Under the pieces are notes generated by a model, which did no database searches, was not told where the DNA came from, and saw nothing but the letters and a program-made list of their open reading frames with translations. Below, in pieces: positions 13,401 to 24,500 of a stretch of 64,000 nucleotides of DNA. The position numbers and the translations under genes are program-made. Origin of the DNA: Orbicella franksi (taxonomy: Eukaryota); assembly GCA_964199315.1 (NCBI GenBank), contig OZ116698.1, positions 24,924,001 through 24,988,000 on the forward strand. Reading direction: 5' to 3'. Position 1 is the stretch's first letter. Each line of letters opens with the position of its first letter.

Positions 13401-14527
13401 CAGCCGCCATCTTTTCCTGTCGAATACGAAAGGTTGGAAGATGGAAACTACACTATTTATTGACACCATAGACACATGTTAATTACTTACAATTAAAGAA
13501 AAAATAATAATTAGTTATAGTTACTCACTATAAACGCAAAAACCAATAGCTGGACAAATTTTGAAAGTAATGACACGTGGTCGCTTTGAGCTCTTTGGGA
13601 GAAGTCTTATACTAAGTGGTTTAACCAATCAAAAACTGCTTTTTGCACCGATGGCCGTTTTTGGTCCATTCGACTTTTGGGACGTATTGTAATAGGTAGA
13701 CAACTAAATGAGGGTCAATAAAGGGCAATATGATCATGATACAATTATCTGAGATGCTCGGTGAATGTTCCCGGTGCAGTCTGTCTAGACTACGTCATAA
13801 CTGCGACTCCCAAACTGTTTCGTCCGACCCTTCCCTCCCAACCGTTTAAGGTCGTTCAAGCCTTTGACACATATAATGTTAGCAAATAAAAACTAAAATT
13901 CAGAATATTTTCAGCGCGCATTTCAAGCAGCAAACGTTCAGAAAAATTGTAGAGCGAGCTTTTGGTGAGTGATTAGACTAAAGTAATTGGTTAACATGGA
14001 GGAGCATACCGTAATCTAAATTTCAAACATCTCTAGTTGTTGCTAGCTCTCAAGGCTGAAGGAGACGGTTGAAATTCCTTGTAGTTCGAGGCAATGATTT
14101 AAACTCTACGACGTCCCAACCCTTTCTGTGGGATGAAAGCAACTGAATCGTTTTAAAACTCACCTTGACCCTTTTCACAACACTCCCCACTGTATCCATA
14201 CTTGCAATGGCAGCTTAAACGTATCAGTGTACCACCGTTTAGGCAAAATCGATTACACGCTCTGGCTCCATGCGTAGTCACCACACACGTTCCTCCACAC
14301 TGTGCCGGTTTGATTATCGGCCGGCGGGAGTATTGTGTACCATGTGGACCACACGAATGCGAACAAGCACTCCAGGAAGACCAAGAGCCAGGGACGCAGT
14401 TGGTTTTATGACAGTATCTGCGCCGCCGGCCCCATGATAGCCGTAATCTCGGTTCTGAAGCCATCTCATTGACTAAACAGACTAACACTAGCACTACTAG
14501 TTTTTCACACCCCATCGCGCGATCCAC
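2158..14527 (-). CDS. Secreted multi-TSP1-repeat protein (signal peptide, TSP1, EGF, 15 further TSP1 repeats; ~989 aa; no TM segment seen); hemicentin/coadhesin/properdin-like architecture
   Basis: 16 exons: 14164-14527, 13243-13416, 12393-12560, 11318-11488, 10247-10417, 9253-9423, 8421-8591, 7852-8019, 7541-7711, 5974-6147, 5350-5520, 4755-4913, 4358-4528, 3340-3510, 2761-2934, 2158-2378. All introns are GT-AG and phase 1; total 2970 nt with no internal stop. Each exon encodes one WxxWxxW/C..CxxxCG..R.R.C TSP1 repeat. Confidence 0.92.
3105..4630. repeat. Recent tandem duplication of exon+intron units of the TSP1 gene (~3105-3610 vs ~4160-4630; related third exon copy at 2761-2934)
   Basis: Exons 3340-3510 and 4358-4528 differ at 8 of 171 nt. 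Flanking intron text is alignable, e.g. gtcaaacct.aaaaat.cgtac.gtttct and gttatctttaattc. Confidence 0.85.
3608..3843 (-). repeat. Interspersed hairpin repeat, family A (other copies at 36643-36950, 43134-43250, ~59480-59760)
   Basis: Shares GAGCGGG(C/T)AAGATAG...ATCTT.CCCGCTC and CAGCCATCTTGACC blocks with the other copies; no TSD seen. Confidence 0.7.
6930..7494 (+). mobile_element. 5'-truncated LINE (CR1/L2-like) 3' end with (ATTG)n tail, in an intron of the TSP1 gene
   Basis: Frame [43 protein letters not shown] resembles the conserved C-terminus of CR1/L2-group ORF2. It is followed by an AT-rich UTR and a simple-repeat tail. The left boundary is approximate. Confidence 0.65.
7431..7494. 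repeat. (ATTG)16 microsatellite
   Basis: Perfect 64-nt tetranucleotide run. Confidence 0.97.
10483..10765. repeat. Interspersed hairpin element, family B (second copy 38769-39075, opposite orientation)
   Basis: AAGCAATAGAG...CTCTATTGCTT inverted ends enclose inverted GTGTTTA-N12-TAAACAC blocks; a third block sits in an asymmetric tail at ~10508-10535. Confidence 0.75.
11651..11773. mobile_element. Small fully palindromic MITE with TAG...CTA ends
   Basis: TAGCCAGCGCAGCAAG / CTTGCTACGCAGGCTA ends with inner arms AAGAGCTTTTCCGCATT / AATGCGGAAAAGCTCTT. Confidence 0.75.
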
Positions 14528-16112
14528 TTAGATCCCAACCTCAATGTTTTCACTCTGGGTTTGGAGTGGTACCAGGTTTATGTGCAGCTCGCAGTGCAGT
14601 TAGTTTTTACTGTGGATTTCCGTAGAAAATGAAGTCTTTGTAAGTATGTAGTACTAGTGGGCAGTGTTGAGGTACAACCCTGGAATGTTGTAGCATAAAA
14701 TGTCTATTTAAATCTAAGTAAATATTTACACAGAGTCGCTTCATTCAAAGGAAGTTTAATTACAAAGATTTTTCCCTGGCTTTATGGATACAATGCAATT
14801 CTCAAAGGTTCTTTTATAAATTGACTCAACCTTTATTTCAAAGATAGCCAGTTTAAGTTTATAGGCGCGCCGAGAGGATTTAAATTGTATTTTATAGCAC
14901 ATTAAGTAATGTAGTTTGGTTCGCTAACTGCGATAAACTATTTGCAATTTGGTTCTAGAAAAATAAAATTTTTATCGGTATTCAATTAACAGGGGGAGGA
15001 ATATTTCTGAAGAGACTTTGTAGACTCTTTTTATAAGACTCTAAGCATAAATTTTATAAGAACGCAGTCGTTTGCATAATCAGTGACGCTTTGCGCTCAG
15101 GAGTGGTGCTTTATTTCGTTTACACATTATAAACAAGTGTTGGACATTGCATTTCTTAGCTTGCTACCCACTCATTCAGTTGTCATTCACTGACGCAAAT
15201 CGTGAATAAACGAAAATGCAAAACAAATATGTCGCCAAGTAAGTAAATGAATAAGTAAACTAGCGTCTCCTTGGATAAAAACAATGGCTTTATCCATTCT
15301 CTTTGACGTTTATAACATGCACTTAAGATTGTAATTCAAGCTTATTGCACCTTGAAAAAAATGGTTGAGAGGCTTCAGATGCTTGAGACTCGGCGTTTAT
15401 TCGGGACCCGGCTCAGAAAATTTTTCCATCTATGTGAAGTTATTATTTTTTTGACGTCCACAACAATTAGGATTAATATATGGCATACATAGCTATATAT
15501 ATTGATCGCGAAATGTAATGTTTAAAACCAACTGAATAATAAGCCCCTTGAACAACTCCCTCCCGTCGTAAATAAGCTCAGCTTCTTCAAACTCTCAGAC
15601 AAAAATCCTTCTGATAATGTTATGTTTTCCTCCGGCGAATATCACATGGGTCCATATTCTAATCTCCACAACACCGGCTGGTGCAAGGCATGTGCAGTGT
15701 TTTCTGGGGTACGGTTGGTAGCCTTACCCCCAACCCCCCATCTGGTGGTCCAGGAGATCACTCTTTGTCCCTGAGCCTCTGCCCTTTGACCTTTGAGCCA
15801 AGGGTCATCAAAGACTCTAGTCGACATAGCTTTAGGTATCATGGAAACAGTCAAGCTACGTTTCCTTTGAGGTGGGGGTAATGGGGGTTCATGTAAGGCT
15901 CGATGTCCACATTTATATTATCAGCCGGTTGATAATACCTCTAAAAAAATTCTTAATTTAATTTCTCTGGTATAAAAGTGTTTTATCTTGCTAGTTTTTT
16001 GCAGAGTTGTTTTAAATTTAATTACGCATTCAGGCACCACGCATTCAAGAATAAAATATGACCCTTTGAACAACTGGGCCCAGATCTCCAATACCGCCCG
16101 AGGCTGTGAAAA

Positions 16113-19100
16113 ATGCGGGGAACCTGGAAAAGGTGTAAGGATTTCAATATGGTGGCTTTCCCGAAGGATGCTTTCGTTCTTGTGCGACAGTTTAACATTA
16201 ACACTGCATCACTTCGGATACTGGTGTTTGGCAGCCTTAAAAGGGATTTTCCCTTTGGCTTTGTTAGAAAGTTGGTAACTGAAACTCAGAAGCCTTTGGA
16301 AACTAACCAAGGTTCACAAGGGACAAGATTAGTTGAACAACTTGAACAGCCTGAACTGTCATCTAAAGCACGTGCCAAAGTCGGGGAATTTTTGGAAAGA
16401 AATGGCATCCGAGTTAAAAATATTCGCAAACATATAGATTTCAGCAAACTTTCCGTGAAGAAAATAGCACAAATCTTTAGATTTCTAGGGGAGATTGGAA
16501 TTGACCGAGAACTTAGGCGCAAAGTTATCACTCGCAGACCAACCATCTTGACAACCAAGGAGGTCTTGCTTAAAAACCGTGTGCAGGCAATGCGAAATAT
16601 TGGAATCTATCCAGAGTCTATAACTTACGTTGTTAAAGAAGCGCCTGGTGTGTTAACAGCTAGAACAGAGGAAACTTTGCCTGGAAAGGTAAGGCCTGGT
16701 GGGAGGGGGAGGTGGGAGGTATCTTGGCCATTCATGGTTACAAACGTAGCTGGGTAGCATTCCCTGCATGCTTTCTCTGTTCCCTCTTCCCACCTCCAGA
16801 CTGCTGGCCTATATCTGTGGTCTAGGTAGCCTCCTATGCAGATGATACTCTTTGGGCTCGTCATGCAATCTTCCTCCTTTACCAGCATCTGTTGAAACAA
16901 ACAACACATTCCTTTCCCTTTGCTTGTAGAAATCAGCTGAGCCAATCAGTGCCGGGTCATCGTGTAAGGCTCCCTTGGAGTGGTAACTACAACATGTACT
17001 GTGGCGTGTTGTGTTGAATTTAGCGTTAATGCTTTCAAAGTAAATACTATGATTTCAATTATGCAATCTTTTGAATCCAGTCCGAGCTCAAAGATTGATG
17101 AACACTTCATCTTTTTCACTGTGAAACACACTATAGTTTCCGTATTCAGACTTAAACATAACATTGTAAATGTCTCACACACTCATTGAAAGTCCTTGCT
17201 GGTATTTTGGTGTCTTGCAATCCAAGCAGATTTCCTGCAGGCTTCCAGCATTTTGGGACGAACTAGCCAAACAAATGTCTACTTACAAACATGCCCATTT
17301 CTTTCTTTACAAAATGCTCTACAGTTTCTTGCTTATCAAGATTTAAATCAAGGGTTTTAAGGTCCACACACTTGTTGAAAGGCCACACTGGCAGTAAAGT
17401 GTCAGGCTAAATTTCTTAGGTTCAAACATTTGCTGCCTTGATCAGGAAGTGCATTGTGATAAAACGACAGAAATAACCCTGTGTTTCAGCAGCCATAATT
17501 TCATGGGGAAGGAAGATTATGTGACATGCTCAACGAGTGTCTGTGTAGGAGACTATGGTCCAGTCAGTATGAACCTGGCCTAATCAGCCAAAATGAAAAA
17601 TCAATCACTTGATTGTTTTGTGATTGGTTTGGGACAGTCAAAGACAATCTAACTTCATTTTATGGTGAGTTCAATTACGGAACTTAATGGAACCAATTGA
17701 AGTCAACTGGTTTTATTTTGTTTACAAAAAAAGAAAATGCAAAACATTTCAACTACACAGATTTTGCCATTGTATGAAATTTCAAGGTAGGTAAGATGTA
17801 GTAGATAATAATATAAAATTCTTCTGGCATCTTGGTTCTCACCTGGGAACTCGTATTTTCGTGTTTCAAGACCACACAACTCCAAAACCTGTTGAAAACA
17901 GTTTTAAATGCCTGGCTTGGCCAACTGAATGTTTGATAATCGGTCCCACCAATCAAACTTCAAGAGTTTGCTTGTGTTTGATGGAATAAGAGTGCAATAA
18001 CTGAACCTTTGATTGTATTTGCTTTGATAAGTTTGTGTTTGATTGCTGAACCCAATAAAAATCAATCGAACAATTTAAGTTCAACTGGATTTGACTTCTC
18101 AGAGGTAACTTTGTAAGATTTTAGTTTAGTTGGTGCATGTTGGACTATGATAGTGAAAATATTTCTGCATGGAAAACAGCTAGCCTGGGATAGGGCAGGG
18201 GTGTTTGGTGCTTAGTCAGAATATTGTTGCAAAATCAAACTGATCATGGTCTAGTATGGGGTAAGGGTTTCAATGTCTGCGGGGCAGAGGAGAGAATCTT
18301 AGACCCAATATAAGTCTTCTCTTTAGTCTGTTCTGTGCCAATTGAGAAGAGCTAGGAGTCTTGACTACCCCTCTCTCCGTGGGTAGAATACAAGTCCATT
18401 GGTGTTACCCTCAGCATTAAAGTTTCTGATCCCCATTTTATATACCTGGGTGGAGAGAGGTACATTAAGAGTAGGCTTTTAGCCAGGATTTGAAAAGTGT
18501 GCATCCAAAATGTGCTTTAGGGTCTACTCACATGAACAATTTATAAAGTATCATTTGAAAAATAAAATGCATCCTGTGGGTGTCCACAGGATGCTTGGAT
18601 GCCCATCTTTCTCAAAGCATGTCTGAGAGTTAAGTGTCTTGCCCAACAACACAAACTTCTCACAATCTAATCTGAAAGCTTTTTTTTATTTCATAGGTCA
18701 AATATTTTGAAGACATGAAAGTAACACCAAAGTTCACCAAAGATGAAATACTCCATGTACTTACAAAGTGCCCTAGCATAATCGCCACTTATAATGTTGA
18801 GTCATTGAGGAAGAAAGTTCAGTTCCTCGAACAAGAGCTCAAATTCAACAAAGATCACATCAAGAACATCATTCTCAAACAGCCATCTGTTTTGACCTTC
18901 AGTCCCGAGGCACTCAAGGAAAAGTGGACATACTGCTATGAGAAGATTAATGCGAGTCCATCCAGTATAGCACGCTGTCCTCGGTTGTTCCAGTGCTCTT
19001 TAAAGCGAATAAAAGAAAGGCATTTGTACTTGAAACATCTAGGCCACATAACAGATGAAATGAAGATCGATGACTATGGACTGGGACTGATTGTTACTAA

Positions 19101-19191
19101 CTCAGATAAACGGTTTGCTGAAAAAGTTGCAAGAATGTCACTGGATGAATTTGATGAGTTTAGAAGGGACATAGATTGGAATGAACAATAA
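16113..19191 (+). CDS. mTERF-family protein (MTERF3/MTERF4-like), ~356 aa
   Basis: Exons 16113-16688 (AAG|gtaagg) and 18697-19191 (tttcatag|GTC), phase 0. Repeated mTERF-type helical motifs (RRPTIL, EAPGVL, KCPSII, KQPSVL, RCPRLF). C-terminal IKERHLYLKHLG...SDKRFAEKVARMSLDEF resembles MTERF3/4 ends. Start could be Met 16113 or 16149. Confidence 0.88.
18350..18660 (-). mobile_element. Degenerate fragments of the tRNA-derived SINE seen at 39144-39398
   Basis: Reverse-strand blocks CCTGGGTGGAGAGAGG and AGAGTTAAGTGTCTTGCCCAA match the SINE central domain. Confidence 0.5.
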
Positions 19192-19280
19192 GCCATACCA
19201 AATATTAGGGTTCTTTTAATGTTTTTTCTCTGTCCATGAGATTGCTTTATTCATGAATTGTGAACATAGATTTGTAAATA

Positions 19281-19721
19281 CCATGCGGCACTAAATTTTT
19301 GCGGGATCAGCATTTTTTGAATTTTGTGGGAACTAATTTTTGTGATTGTAAAAGACTGGTTTTTCTTGCTGGATATTAATTTTTGCAATTTTTGGGAGGT
19401 CGCATTTAAGTGAAATAACATGTAGAAATTTAAAACACAGTAATTCAGTAATCAGTGTCACTCTGTCACAATTACATCGGACTCTTTTGCGGAATTGTAG
19501 ATGCTCCTCTCAATAGAGAACCTAATGATCCTTTCCTGTAAACCTTGTTCTTAATTTTTGAACGTTTTGTTTCTCATTTCTGCAACAAATTCTACTAGCG
19601 ACATTTGCATGCATAATTTTGCCAGAGGAGTAAGTTTTTGCGGAGAAAATTTTTTTCTACTTATTGTAGAAAAAAACGCAAAAATCACAAAAAAATTAGA
19701 ACCCACAAAAATTTAGTGCCA
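19281..19721. mobile_element. MITE remnant downstream of the mTERF stop
   Basis: GGCACTAAATTTTTGCGGG / CCCACAAAAATTTAGTGCC inverted ends; right end truncated. Confidence 0.55.
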
Positions 19722-20154
19722 AAATCAGATAAAAATTTGACTTTCAAACAAAACATTGTCCATTAGCAGGTGACCCAGCCCTTTAAAAGTTGCTTATTAG
19801 TTCTTTGACATAAAGGTTATGAACACTGTCAAAAAGAGCTATGTAGAAAATGGGAAACTGTCAATGAATAAATGAATAATGGAAAAGTCTATACAGAAAT
19901 TTTGCCATCCTATGCGCATAATATTGTAGCTCTATTTATAATGCAAAAACTAACCTACACATTTACATGACAATGATGTCCTGATGATGTTGAAACGTGG
20001 TTTATTACTTTTGCTAATTTTTTTGTTGAGAATATTCCTTCAAACCTTACTTAAAGAAATTGAAATTTATGAATTTTAAATTTATGAATTTTAAATTTAT
20101 AAAGAAAAAATTAAAAATATAAATGAAATGCATTAGAATAAATAACTCCAGCCA

Positions 20155-20426
20155 TAGAGCAGTTTTCAATTGTGTGTTGTAAAACCAAAGCCAAAGTAAT
20201 CACTGGCCACGCAATCACAACAAATGGAGACAAGTTATCCGTGAACCGATCAGAATTTGAAGCAAAAACATAAAGCCAATGCAAAGCAAAAGAAAATGTG
20301 TACAACAGGGTCATGGTTTTACTTCATGACAAAGTCTTACAAGTTCGCAATTGCACTGTGTGGTAAATTATGTGAAACCAAAGCACATACAGATTACTTT
20401 CAAAAATTCAATTGAAGATTGTCCTA
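20155..20426. mobile_element. Degenerate MITE with TAGAGCAGTTTTCAATTG-type ends
   Basis: TAGAGCAGTTTTCAATTG / CAATTGAAGATTGTCCTA imperfect inverted ends; explains the spurious ORF 20111-20314. Confidence 0.5.
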
Positions 20427-21524
20427 TTACCCTGTCTGTGTCAGACTGCAGAGATTCCTTAACTCTGATTTAGGTACTGTGATGGACAAATACTGAGAGA
20501 AGGGAATTTGTCGCAGAGGTTGTCATATAGATTGCATTCAGCTTTGGCAGCACTGGGACACAGCAATCATAAAATGTGTAGCTTAAGTTATATGATAACA
20601 ACAAATGGAAAATGCTTTTCAATTAGCATGAATATAAATTTTCAGAAATTGGTACCTTTTAATGGTGAACAGTTGAAAATTGAGAAGGTTTCAATGATGA
20701 TATGTTCATTACATTACCAGTGTGGGGACAGAGAAACAACTAGAGTCCCCAATGAAAAGTTCTTTTATGGAAAATTATGAGAAGACTTTCCAATCTAATA
20801 TTATTATAAAAAGGCATTTTGTAAGTGTAAGAAAAAGGAAGAGAGAAAACTAACCATACAAGATCATCCCGGGCCTGTAATCTCCCGGTAATAAATTTTA
20901 CAACAGTTTGGAAATATACCAATTTTTGGATGGCAAGACTTGTTTTTCCTGTACAAATCCCTCTAATAATTTTCTAACGACCGTTAAATGCCCCTTGGCT
21001 TTACATTTCTATCTATTTTTTCCGTTTACTCATAAAATTATTTCTCCAACTGGGTTGCATTTATGTTCTCTGGAGAATAGATCATCCAATCAATTGATGC
21101 AAAAAAGCCAACAGAATCTTCTCAGAGGGTGCTAAGTTTGCTAACATATTACCATTTGTTTGTTTGTCTGTGGCCCTAACTTTAAATAAAACTGAATGGA
21201 AACTGCTAAGAAGTAAACAATGATGGGTTTTTTGATATAAGAATAGTAGGCAGCTTTTACTGTCACTCTTTACAGCGAGGAATTCAGTTCCTGGTCTGTA
21301 AAATCATGGATACGTTTTGGGAGCCAAGTTTAGAGTCTTCCCCTACAAAATTAAACGGCGAGTTCAATTTTTTTTATCATGCATTTTTCTCTTTTTATTT
21401 TTTCGTGTTTTTGAATAACAAAATTACATTTTTTTCGAACAAAAATTGTTTCTTAGACTTTATACGCGGAACTTTTGTTTAGGAGTCTGGTAACTATCTT
21501 TTTGGTCACGAGACGGGCAACAAA

Positions 21525-24500
21525 ATGGCGGATAGCTGGACGTCGTTCCCTTTGTTTCTTCTTTTTGTTATCCCAGGAGTTTTCTCGGAAGTCTGCGCTC
21601 CACCGAACAAAGACGTCAAGGTTCTTAAATCGTAAGTGAATGATCAGTGATTGAATTCTATGATGAGACGATCAGGGATTGTGAACTCGGATCAGGCTAC
21701 GCATGATAGCGATCAGTGTACAACGTACAATACAAGATAATCTGAGTTTATTTGCGATAATTATAATGAGCTTCTGAAGTACTGTTAAACACGTAAACCA
21801 GTAAGTTTTTTTTTCCTTCGTAGCTTGCTGGATTGAAATAAATATTCAGTGTTGCAGGCCATGTGGAAATGCAATCATAAAATCATTTTCCTTTTAGAAG
21901 CCAGCCACTATTCGAACTTTAAATGGCACTGTGGTTTTGTGGTCTGTCTTTGAAACGTTGTTTCGTTAGAAATTAAGAGTGCCTGCCTGTAAAAATCAGA
22001 CAAATTCTTAATTTCGCGGCAAGGGTCGAAAATTCGATTTCGCTCATATTCCTATGGTAGATAGGCTAGGGCATGACAAAAACTACCAGATGTTTTTTTG
22101 GTAAAGTATCCTTTTATTTCAAAGAAATATGCAAATTACCAAATTCCGTTAAAATCGTCCTTTGACGCAGCATTTTATTAAACAAGTTTGAGAGCCTCGC
22201 ATGCAAAACCACATCATTCTTCTGTCTTTAAAACACTCAAATATTTTTGTGCAATGTTTAAATGTGTACTGGGTTGATTTTAGGGAATGCTGCGTTGTGT
22301 TTTTGGGTGCAAAATAATTAAATTTCGAAGGCATGTATTTCATTCACTTCAAAGTACTTCATGAAAATAATCGATTTTCACCATGTGCGAAACCTTCAAA
22401 TGGATTAAGCTTCTGGTAGTTGAATTGCAGAAGGATGGTCTACAGATTCCTGTAAAAACTTCTTTGGGCAAATGATTGTGAGCGGCGCGAGAGCTTTTCA
22501 AAGTACGTTAAAAATGCAGATATTTGACCATCCGTCGTCAAATTTCAATTTACGGGTTAGACATATATTTTAGCACGCGCCACATGTCTTGAGCTATATT
22601 AAGTTGAAATAGACACAGAGCTGATAATTTCGAAATGTTCTAACCTTATTTGCTGTAAAAGGCAGGTCCAAAAGCCTATTTGACGTGTTTCTGTCACCAT
22701 TCGTCGTACATAAAGCAGAAGTTTGCTTTTGTTTACGCAACGTCTGATGTACATCGCCAACTGTCAACTTATTTAATGGTCGAATACCACGAATCTATGA
22801 CCCTCTTTCGACATATATGATCACCACTTCATCTAAGTCAAAAATGGCTAAGTGATTTGTAGATAGTTGCTTGCTTTGCACTACACCAAAATATTACGTT
22901 TGATCATTGTTTGATCTATCGCTGCTTGAATCCTTGCTTGCAGCGGTTCCTTGTTTGTTCATCACGCAATGCTGTCATCCCATTTTAGGGGGTAGGGGTA
23001 GGACAATTTCTATCCTAATACGTAAGGCTCCGCAAGGCTTGGAACCACAGGGAGCACACAATCTTGTTGAGTAGGAAGAGATTAAATTAAGCAATGAAAA
23101 GAATGAATAGTTAACCATTGCCCGTGTTGTCATCTTTTACTAGACCACCGCTACCTACACACCCTGCATGATACCGTAACGCTAAACTCGTACCTAGGTC
23201 TTTTCACACTGTGCAATTATTTTGGGTTTACATATAATACAGTGGGCTACCCTCAGAGAAATGGGAGGTGGCCGCTTAATAGAGGTTGGTGTACTTTGAA
23301 TATTTTTTCACTATCGGGTTATAAATTTTTTAGCGAACATGGAGTCAATTCAAGACAATAAGTAAGTAAGTAAGTAAGTAACTTTATTTAATGAGGGTAA
23401 AAACACTTTACAGTCATTAACTGATAAACTCGTGGCCCTTCCTTAAACAATTAAAATATAAATCACAATGATTTCAAAAATATCTAACTATGAATAATAA
23501 TAAGTATAAAATGGGTAAAATTACTAACTTTCTTCCTACTCAACAAGATTGTGTGCTCCCTGTGGTTCCAAGCCTTGCGGAGCCTTACCTATTAGGATAG
23601 AAATTGTCCTACCCCTACCCCCTGAAATGGGATGACAGCATTGTGTGACGAACAAACAAGGAACCGCTGCAAGCAAGGATTCAAGCAGCGATAGATCAAA
23701 TGATGATCAAACGTAATATTTTGGTGTAGTGCAAAGCAAGCAACTATCTACAAATCACTTAGCCGTTTTTGACTTAGATGAAGTGGTGATAATACATGTC
23801 GAAAGAGTGTCATAGATTCGTGGTATTCGACCGTTAAATAAGTTGACAGTTGGCGATGTACATTGGATGTTGTGTAAACAAAAGCAAACTTCTGCTTTAT
23901 GTGCGACGAATGGTGACAGAAACACGTCAAATAGGCTTTTGGACCTGCCTTTTACAGCAAATAAGGTTAGAACATTTCGAAATTATCAGCTCTGTGTCTA
24001 TTTCAACTTAATATAGCTCAAGACATGTGACGCGTGCTAAAATATATGTCTAACCCGTAAATTGAAATTTGACGACGGATGGTCAAATATCTGCATTTTT
24101 AACGTACTTTGAAAAGCTCTCGCGCCGCTCACAATCATTTGCCCAAAGAAGTTTTTACAGGAATCTGTAGACCATCCTTCTGCAATTCAACCACCAGAAG
24201 CTTAATCCATTTGAAGGTTTCGCACATGGTAAAAATCAATTATTTTTATGAAGTACTTTGAAGTGAATGAAATACATGTCTTCGAAATTTAATTATTTTG
24301 CACCCAACAAACACCGCAACATTCCCTAAAATCAACCCAGTACACATTTAAACATTGCAAAAAAATATTTGAGTGTTTTAAAGACGGAAGAATGATGTGG
24401 TTTTGCATGGGAGGCTCTCAGACTTGTTTAATAAAATGGTGCGTCAAATGACGATTTTAACGGAATTTGGTAATTTGCATATTTCTTTGAAATAAAAGGA

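Noticed and set aside
19975-20005. CTGATGATGTTGAAACGTGG resembling a minimal hammerhead core
   Set aside because: No helix III with an NUH cleavage site or helix I could be built, and there is no tandem context.
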